Virus genome (UHGV): UHGV-0116252
From: a virus
Strand: one strand, 5' to 3'
DNA length: 13,012 nucleotides
The first letter of the stretch is position 1. Every line of letters begins with the position of its first letter. The translations under genes and the position numbers were made by a program. Positions 7,413-13,012 of the stretch are shown piece after piece. The notes under the pieces were generated by a model. That model searched no databases, had not been told where the DNA came from, and saw only the letters and a program-made list of their open reading frames with translations.

Positions 7413-7797
7413 TAAAAGAAACACAGCACAGGCAAGATTAAACAAAATTTGGTTGTAACACGGCGTATGGCACATGCGTCGTTAGCGGTCTGGGGACGTT
7501 AAAGGGGACAATCCACTCCTTGCTCGGGCAAACAAACCAGGTAGCCGGAATGTGCAAGCCACAGCCAGGTATGAGCGATTGATTCACCATCAAGGCGATA
7601 CGGTGTGACCACCAGGGAAGAGTCCTGGCTACAACACGAGAGCGCACTTCATCGACTCAACTTTGAGCTTTGTCGTTAAATTTTGAAATGGCGGAGTGCG
7701 CTCCCGGTTGTGGTGAACAGGTGTTTAACGGGAACTCCCTGCCCGTTACCCGGTTCGATTCCGGGCGCCCATCATCAATTTGCTGTGTTTAGTCTTT

Positions 7798-7826
7798 GCC
7801 CAGTCCGCACGATGGGCCATTTTTTC
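7798..7826 (+). terminator. Candidate weak intrinsic terminator within the ORF-poor region
   Basis: GCCCA (7798..7802) pairs with TGGGC (7813..7817) around a 10-nt loop, followed by cattttttc with six T at 7820..7825. Short stem, so weak. Confidence 0.3.
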
Positions 7827-7918
7827 ACACAGCCAGGTTTTATCGCTGTGCCTGAGTCCCCAACAGGAGAGGCCAAACCCGCAGCGTGACACCAGGGAAA
7901 GACCGGAGGAAGTACCAC

Positions 7919-7986
7919 GCCTGACCAGCGTTGACCATGAGCCTGACCAGCTCAAAACAGGAAAGACCAGCCCGGGCCTGACCAGC
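7919..7986 (+). repeat. Three exact copies of the 11-mer GCCTGACCAGC in non-coding DNA
   Basis: Exact copies at 7919..7929, 7941..7951 and 7976..7986, interspersed with related GAAAGACCAG (7961..7970) and TTGACCATGAG (7931..7941). Confidence 0.8.
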
Positions 7987-8126
7987 CCTGTACGGTCGTA
8001 ATGGAAACATAACGACGCCGGAAACGTAACCGGCACCCTTTAGATGGCAAAAGACCCGCACAAGGCGGGCCAGTTACCCCGAACGGCGACCAAACCATTC
8101 GGATTTATCACAAGTGACCAAACTTG

Positions 8127-8142
8127 TGATGAGGAAAGACCA
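8127..8142 (+). repeat. Copy 1 of conserved 16-nt motif TGATGAGGAAAGACCA, followed by ACG not ATG
   Basis: Same motif as at 8527 and 11699, including the GAGGA Shine-Dalgarno core; preceded by the hairpin TCACAAGT-gaccaa-ACTTGTGA (8108..8129). The position corresponding to the start codon reads ACG (8143..8145). Confidence 0.7.
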
Positions 8143-8191
8143 ACGACAGAGCCGCTGATCGGTTCTGAGTATACCCCACTAAGGAGTCGCT

Positions 8192-8512
8192 ATGGAAGCG
8201 CGCACAATCCCAGTAACACTCTTTATTCATTATGCAACTTCAACTTTCAGCCATGAAAAGCTGTTTATTGCGACGGTTGATATGTCAAAAAATTTTCCAG
8301 ACAGGTACATCCTTCTGGAAAGCCGCGAAATTGAAATTACCGTCAACCAGCCCCAGCCAATCGACATCATCGGTTTACAGGTTGAGCAGCTGCGTGAGCA
8401 AAAACAGAAAACAGCCGCCGACGCCCAACAGCGTATTGCTGCTATCGATGACAAAATCCAGCAGTTACTTTGCATCGAATACACGCCAGATACCGATGAA
8501 ATCCCCTACTAA
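8192..8512 (+). CDS. Hypothetical protein (106 aa) with predicted C-terminal coiled coil
   Basis: ATG 8192 preceded by AAGGAG (8181..8186) with 5-nt spacing; first convincing ORF downstream of the pL-like promoter. No family recognised. Confidence 0.6.
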   Translation: MEARTIPVTLFIHYATSTFSHEKLFIATVDMSKNFPDRYILLESREIEITVNQPQPIDIIGLQVEQLREQKQKTAADAQQRIAAIDDKIQQLLCIEYTPDTDEIPY

Positions 8513-8526
8513 AGACCACTGACCTG

Positions 8527-8542
8527 TAATGAGGAAAGACCA
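8527..8542 (+). repeat. Copy 2 of conserved motif TAATGAGGAAAGACCA directly before the ATG at 8543
   Basis: Identical 15/16 to copy 1; supplies the Shine-Dalgarno for the 737-aa gene. Confidence 0.7.
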
Positions 8543-10756
8543 ATGACCATTTTTAACGGCTTGTTAGAAGCGAAAAAAGGCGCGCTCAAAAACGGCGCGA
8601 TCCCGGCGCTGGCCATCGCCATCGACGCCCCTAACAAAAAAGTTGCCGAGAACATCATCATCGGCAAATTGTGGGAAGCCTACCCTGACCACGGCGACAA
8701 CTATTTCAAACCTAAAATCTGGGAAGATGCCCCGGGCCAACCGCGCCCAGGCGTTGGTGAGTTTGATGAGACGTTCGCCACAGAACACAGTTTTGATGGC
8801 GAAAAATGGGTAGTTAACACCCCCGTTGTAGATAGCGGTTCAGCAGATATCGCACAGGTTAACGACCTGATGAAACTGCCGGCTCGTGAACGATTCGCCG
8901 CCGTTCTGCTGTTCAGCCACGACGCCAACGAAGTCGACAGTGAATTGCTTGCGCAGACGCGTGAATACCTAGAGATGCTCGACAACAGTGATACTGACAG
9001 TGAGGATGAGGTTGACGCATTTAACCGCATCGTTCTTGATGCCATGGTGGCGTGTAAGCCCATCGAGTACATGCATATTGCTGGATTGAATAATCTGGTA
9101 CATGCAATTTTGGCAAGTTGCGATACCCAGGAACAAAACCCGACCAGTTGGACTATCTCCAAATTTATAAAAAAATGGGTAGAGAATCCCGGTAAACGCG
9201 ATGAAATGCTGCCGGAGGTAAAACTAGAAACAGCATCCGCACGTCCTTACCAACAGACTCACGCCACACTGGAACGTGAAATTGCCTGCGCCCTGTTACC
9301 CGTTGGCCCGGAAAAAATCACCCCCAGCGTCCTGAAAGCGGCAGACGAAATAATCAGCCAGGACCGGGAGGATTTTAAACGCTGGTCAATGGCCTTGCGC
9401 ACAACGGATCAGATCCTTGCCTATGACCGCGCATCAGTATTCGGTGTTATTCAGCGCGCCCCCGCAAAAGACACGTACCACTTCCCGCAATCCCTGCGCA
9501 GTCACATCGACAACTGGCTGCAAGCTAACGGGCAGCGTGATGCAAATGCTGTTGAAGAGAAGCCAAAGGAAGCAGCACCAAAGGATGATGTAAAAGTCAC
9601 CAACCACGGCGGCGGGCGATTCTCAATTGATGGAATGATGTCAGAAACACCCTCAAATCAGGGCGAAAAAAGCGAAGCAGCAAATGCTGGAGAACGTAGT
9701 TTGCAGCAGTTGCGTGAGCGGTTTGTCACGCCTCGCCATGTGTATGACGTACCTGAAAATAACGCCGTCTCACAGAGGGAACCTGCAGCTATTACCCCGG
9801 CAGAAGAGACTCCTCCACAAGAAAAACTTAGCGAGCAGGTAAAGGATCTGGTGCAGAACGTTGACGCGCTGGTTGAGCGGATCCATACCGAAGAGCACAA
9901 GCGGCAGAATGCAATCTCAGCTATCGAAACGGAGTTAAAGGACTCCGACGACACAGATAACCTGGCATTGTGGAAGAACGTATTCAAAACCGATGAGCGC
10001 TTCACCAGTGCTTTCTCTCAGAACGGCGGCGGCACATCCATCAACGGCACTTATATAGCGATGAAAGCGACTCGCGAATTTGGGCCGTTTGGTATTGGCT
10101 GGGGTGTAGAGGTGGTGGAAGAGCGTTTTGATAAAGGCGCACCGATAGTTCGCAAAAAACAGGTTGGTGAAAAAATAGAATGGGATCTGATTCAAGACGG
10201 TGTTGGCGGGTACCTATGTGAAATGCACCACACCATGAAAGTTAGAGTCTGGTACATATTGAATGGAGTGCGCGGTGAGTCCGAGGCTTACGGATGCACA
10301 CCTTATATCTACGACACTAAATACGGACCAACAAGCGACGGCGAAGCACCGAAGAAATCCTGGACGGATGCTGTTAAGAAAGCGCTATCCCCTCTCGGAT
10401 TCAGCGCCGATATTTTCATGGGCCTGTACGACAATCCGGAATACCGCCAGAGGAATAAAGCTGAGTTTGATATCAAGAATGCCAGCGAGAATGCGGAAGA
10501 TGCTACCCGTCTGCGTAAGGAACTGGATGAGAAGCTTATCAACGTTGCCAATACGCTGGCCTCCGCGGTAACCACTAACGAAGTAAACAAGGTATTTGGC
10601 CTCATCGCCCGCGAAGTGGATGTACACCGAAAAGCAGCAGAAGCCAAAGGCGATAAAGAATATTCATCGTATCTGGGATCGCGCCTGCGCCGTATCACCG
10701 ACATCAAAACTGAACGCCTCGCCGCCCTCACCGCTGCACAGGAGCAAACCGCATGA
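8543..10756 (+). CDS. Rad52/Sak-type single-strand annealing protein with an unrecognised ~490-aa N-terminal region
   Basis: Uninterrupted 737-codon ORF. C-terminal ~250 aa carries Rad52-fold blocks: GGGTSINGTYIAMKATREFGPFGIGWG (compare human RAD52 [27 protein letters not shown]), KVRVWYILNGVRGESEAYG, and KKSWTDAVKKALSPLGFSADIFMG (compare [21 protein letters not shown]). N-terminal 490 aa has no motif I recognise and includes an acidic stretch DNSDTDSEDEVD. Confidence 0.7.
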   Translation: MTIFNGLLEAKKGALKNGAIPALAIAIDAPNKKVAENIIIGKLWEAYPDHGDNYFKPKIWEDAPGQPRPGVGEFDETFATEHSFDGEKWVVNTPVVDSGSADIAQVNDLMKLPARERFAAVLLFSHDANEVDSELLAQTREYLEMLDNSDTDSEDEVDAFNRIVLDAMVACKPIEYMHIAGLNNLVHAILASCDTQEQNPTSWTISKFIKKWVENPGKRDEMLPEVKLETASARPYQQTHATLEREIACALLPVGPEKITPSVLKAADEIISQDREDFKRWSMALRTTDQILAYDRASVFGVIQRAPAKDTYHFPQSLRSHIDNWLQANGQRDANAVEEKPKEAAPKDDVKVTNHGGGRFSIDGMMSETPSNQGEKSEAANAGERSLQQLRERFVTPRHVYDVPENNAVSQREPAAITPAEETPPQEKLSEQVKDLVQNVDALVERIHTEEHKRQNAISAIETELKDSDDTDNLALWKNVFKTDERFTSAFSQNGGGTSINGTYIAMKATREFGPFGIGWGVEVVEERFDKGAPIVRKKQVGEKIEWDLIQDGVGGYLCEMHHTMKVRVWYILNGVRGESEAYGCTPYIYDTKYGPTSDGEAPKKSWTDAVKKALSPLGFSADIFMGLYDNPEYRQRNKAEFDIKNASENAEDATRLRKELDEKLINVANTLASAVTTNEVNKVFGLIAREVDVHRKAAEAKGDKEYSSYLGSRLRRITDIKTERLAALTAAQEQTA

Positions 10757-11322
10757 GCACCGCTATCGCTATTGCAAAAGAATATGCCAGCCTGATTGAC
10801 CTGCTGGAAACCTCCGACGAACTGACGCCAGAGATGATCGCCGACACGCTTGAAGGTATGGAAGGAGAACTGGGAGACAAACTGGACGCCATGATGGTCA
10901 TCTGCCGCAATTTACAGGGCAATGCCAATACCTGCGCTGAAGAAATGTCTCGCCTGGCTACCCGTAAGACGTCCTTTGAAGGCAAGGAAAAAGCAATCCG
11001 AAAGCATATGCTCGCCTGCCTGCAAGCTGCTGGCCTGGATAAACTGAAAACCGCAAAAAACACATTTACTGATGCACAGGGGGCTATCCGGGTAATTATC
11101 GATAGCAAAGATAAGATCCCGGATGAGTATGAAGGCGTGTCACTTGTTGATGTAGAAACGGTTATTACACCAAACAAGCGAGCCATTAAAGAAGTGATTG
11201 AATCTGCGGAGGCGGTTGCCGTCGAAATACTGGCGCGTGGAGAAACACCACCAGCCGAGTTATTAAACCCGGTACCAGGCGCACATCTGGAACGCGGCGA
11301 ACGTTCACTGAGGGTACGCTAA
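10753..11322 (+). CDS. Siphovirus Gp157-like protein (recombination-module accessory), tentative
   Basis: 189 aa, start overlaps the annealase stop (ATGA). Coiled-coil-like N-terminus, then IPDEY and PGAHLERG motifs that I recall as typical of the Gp157 family, which commonly sits next to Sak/Erf-type annealases. Confidence 0.55.
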   Translation: MSTAIAIAKEYASLIDLLETSDELTPEMIADTLEGMEGELGDKLDAMMVICRNLQGNANTCAEEMSRLATRKTSFEGKEKAIRKHMLACLQAAGLDKLKTAKNTFTDAQGAIRVIIDSKDKIPDEYEGVSLVDVETVITPNKRAIKEVIESAEAVAVEILARGETPPAELLNPVPGAHLERGERSLRVR

Positions 11323-11504
11323 TGCTTAAACTCACATTAAAGCGTGGTGACGCGGTTCACCTGGTACTTGCCGATGGAACCAACGGCATTATTGAAGCAC
11401 GGAGCCGCTGCGAACTTGGGCTACACCTGCCAGAAAACATTAAGGTCACGCGGGAGAAATCGGCATTCCCCCCACCAGAACTGATTACGCCTAATCAGAA
11501 ATAA
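11322..11504 (+). CDS. Small CsrA-like protein (tentative)
   Basis: 60 aa, TAATG coupling to the upstream gene, GAGGG about 8 nt upstream. Ungapped alignment to E. coli CsrA (61 aa) conserves M1, L2, L4, T5, G9, G33, P37, V42, R44 and E45 at identical positions (ours LGLHLPENIKVTRE; CsrA IGVNAPKEVSVHRE). Confidence 0.4.
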   Translation: MLKLTLKRGDAVHLVLADGTNGIIEARSRCELGLHLPENIKVTREKSAFPPPELITPNQK

Positions 11505-11553
11505 AAACTCACCATCGCTAGCATTGCGATTCACCAGTAACCGGAGGATCACA

Positions 11554-11778
11554 ATGCTGCGATGGCAACCGGGAGCAACTCTGCTCTCCGCATTTGATAT
11601 CAAAATTGGCCGACTGTCGGCCAGCGTCAGGAAACAGGCTGTGACCGAGTCTGATATTGCCCGTGCCTGCAAGGCGGCAGATGACGCAATAAGCTACATA
11701 ATGAGGAAAGACCATGAGAAGCGATCACGACATAATCACCAGAGAAGAAATGGTCGAGCTGACGGGAAGCCCACTTAA
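11554..11778 (+). CDS. Hypothetical small protein (weak call)
   Basis: ATG 11554 with GGAGG 6 nt upstream. The N-terminal ~50 codons look protein-like; the 3' end overlaps the xis-like gene in another frame. Confidence 0.3.
   Translation: MLRWQPGATLLSAFDIKIGRLSASVRKQAVTESDIARACKAADDAISYIMRKDHEKRSRHNHQRRNGRADGKPT
11699..11713 (+). repeat. Copy 3 of conserved motif TAATGAGGAAAGACC directly before the ATG at 11714
   Basis: Same motif as at 8127 and 8527; supplies the Shine-Dalgarno for the excisionase-like gene. Confidence 0.7.
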
Positions 11779-11977
11779 ATCAAAGCAATGTGAGGCTCTT
11801 CGCCGGGCTGGAATTTTCTTCATGGAAAGGGCTGACGGGCACCCAAAAACAACCTGGGGCCATTTCATGAACCCAATAAAATTTCGCAATTTACAGGAGG
11901 TGACGACGCGAAAAGATGATGAACCTGATTTTGGAGCAATATTTAATGGCCGGAAAGAGAAAGAACCCAGCAGATAA
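11714..11977 (+). CDS. Excisionase-like small DNA-binding protein (DUF4224-like)
   Basis: 87 aa directly upstream of and overlapping the integrase gene; the segment ITREEMVELTGSPLKSKQCEALRRAGIFF resembles DUF4224 proteins that precede phage integrases. Confidence 0.55.
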   Translation: MRSDHDIITREEMVELTGSPLKSKQCEALRRAGIFFMERADGHPKTTWGHFMNPIKFRNLQEVTTRKDDEPDFGAIFNGRKEKEPSR

Positions 11978-12962
11978 CTGGATGCCGCCTCGTGTTTACC
12001 AGGGCAAAGCGGCCTACGAATTCAGGAATAAAGATAACAAAGCGATACGCCTGTGCGCATTGGATGCGCCACGATCAGCCGTATGGCTGGCATATGAAAA
12101 AGCGGTCGGTGACGAAAAAGAAAGAAATACTTTTCAGGCGCTCGCGGAACAATTCATGACCTCCCCTGATTTTATGGATTTGGCAGTCGAAACCAGGAAA
12201 GACTACACAAAATATTCCGGAAAAGTTCTGCCTGTCTTCGGGAAGATCGACCCGGATAAAATCAAACCTGAACATATTCGGCGCTATATGGATCAACGCG
12301 GTTTATCAAGCCGAACTCAGGCAAACAGGGAAAAAAGCTTTATGTCCAGGGTATTCCGTTGGGGTTATGAACGAGGTTATGTCCAGAGGAATCCTTGTCA
12401 GGGAGTTAAGCAGTTTAAAGAGACAGCACGCGAACGTTATATTACGGATGAAGAATATCAGGCCGTTTATGAAGTATCTCCTGATGTTGTTCGCGTGGCA
12501 ATGGAGATTGCCTACTTATGCGTGGCCAGACAGAGTGATGTACTTTCATTGCAGAAAGACCAGCTGTTCGATTCCGGGATCTACATTCGTCAGGGAAAAA
12601 CCGGCGTTAAGCAAATCAAAGCCTGGTCGCCTCGTCTGCAGAAAGCGATAGCTCTGGCTCGTTCTCTGCCATTAAAACCGGGAATCAGTAGCCTGTTTGT
12701 GATTCATCAAACTACCGGAGGCAAGTACACCCGTGATGGTTTTAACTCTCGTTGGCGTGATGTCAAAGCGGCAGCACAGGAAAAATATCCTCATCTGCAA
12801 ATAGACTTCACATTTCATGATCTGAAAGCAAAAGGTATCTCTGATCTGGAAGGCAGCCTGGAAGAGAAGCAAGCAATTTCCGGGCATAAGAACCCACGAC
12901 AGACAGCAGCATATGACCGAAAAGTTAAAGTAGTGCCCGTAGTTGGTGGCCAGAGAAAATGA
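11916..12962 (+). CDS. int: Tyrosine recombinase (lambda-family phage integrase)
   Basis: C-terminal catalytic region aligns with lambda Int: ARQSDV (Arg I), FTFHDLKAK (His, with Lys where lambda has Arg311), ISGHKNPRQTAAYDRK (His and Tyr nucleophile). Start is ambiguous: ATG at 11916, 11946 or 11982. Confidence 0.9.
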   Translation: MMNLILEQYLMAGKRKNPADNWMPPRVYQGKAAYEFRNKDNKAIRLCALDAPRSAVWLAYEKAVGDEKERNTFQALAEQFMTSPDFMDLAVETRKDYTKYSGKVLPVFGKIDPDKIKPEHIRRYMDQRGLSSRTQANREKSFMSRVFRWGYERGYVQRNPCQGVKQFKETARERYITDEEYQAVYEVSPDVVRVAMEIAYLCVARQSDVLSLQKDQLFDSGIYIRQGKTGVKQIKAWSPRLQKAIALARSLPLKPGISSLFVIHQTTGGKYTRDGFNSRWRDVKAAAQEKYPHLQIDFTFHDLKAKGISDLEGSLEEKQAISGHKNPRQTAAYDRKVKVVPVVGGQRK

Positions 12963-12967
12963 ATGAT

Positions 12968-13008
12968 GATGCGTCCAGAGAAAAATCATCTTCGGACGCA
13001 TCTTCGGA
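12968..13008. other. Inverted and direct repeats just past the integrase stop (possible attachment-site arm)
   Basis: GATGCGTCC (12968..12976) pairs with GGACGCATC (12994..13002); direct repeat CATCTTCGGA at 12987..12996 and 12999..13008. Window ends at 13012. Confidence 0.3.
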
Positions 13009-13012
13009 AATG

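Noticed and set aside
7687-7774. Complete tRNA gene ending at the T-arm-like hairpin
   Set aside because: No acceptor-stem partner for the 3' strand, no anticodon arm with U33, and no CCA; only the T-arm resembles a tRNA.
7683-8061. Several 68-96 aa ORFs on both strands in the region behind the pL-like promoter
   Set aside because: None has a Shine-Dalgarno, several start at TTG or GTG, they overlap each other, and their sequences are low complexity. The region is better treated as non-coding or decayed.
7440-8191. CsrB-like sponge RNA that would pair with the CsrA-like protein
   Set aside because: I counted about 17 GGA triplets in about 760 nt, close to the random expectation of about 12 and far below CsrB-type density.
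11481-11498. Hairpin CTGATTA-cgcc-TAATCAG at the end of the small CsrA-like gene as a terminator
   Set aside because: It is followed by an A-rich rather than T-rich tract on the plus strand, so it is not a convincing intrinsic terminator.
1-13012. LexA/SOS boxes (CTGT-N8-ACAG)
   Set aside because: I checked every CTGT on the plus strand and none is followed by ACAG at the correct spacing; the nearest case (6936..6955) has 12-nt spacing.
1-13012. CRISPR array, rRNA or insertion-sequence features
   Set aside because: No regularly spaced direct repeats with unique spacers, no rRNA-like segments, and no transposase-like ORF or terminal inverted repeats. The only tandem repeats are the iterons inside the replication gene.

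Overview
This window reads as the immunity and early region of a lambdoid prophage from an enterobacterium, ending at its integrase. All calls are from reading the sequence and recalled family signatures; no database search was run. A leftward early operon of translationally coupled genes (about 6576 down to 50, minus strand) runs: YdaS-like Cro, CII/YdaT-like regulator, a hypothetical ORF with a possible frameshift, a replication initiator carrying in-gene iterons and a DnaT-like tail, a PerC-like regulator, a phage Dam methyltransferase, a LexA DNA-binding-domain-only homolog, RusA, a KilA-N protein, a DUF968/HNH-like protein and antiterminator Q. On the plus strand sit the S24-type CI repressor (6667..7341) with its terminator, then a strong pL-like promoter. 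Downstream is a ~750 bp ORF-poor, GC-rich region full of hairpins and short repeat families (7414..8191). After that come a small unknown gene, a 737-aa Rad52/Sak-type annealase with an unrecognised ~490-aa N-terminal region, a Gp157-like protein, a 60-aa CsrA-like protein, an excisionase-like gene and the integrase. The most unusual items are the oversized annealase fusion, the CsrA-like protein, the ORF-poor repeat region behind pL, and a 16-nt motif that recurs at gene starts.
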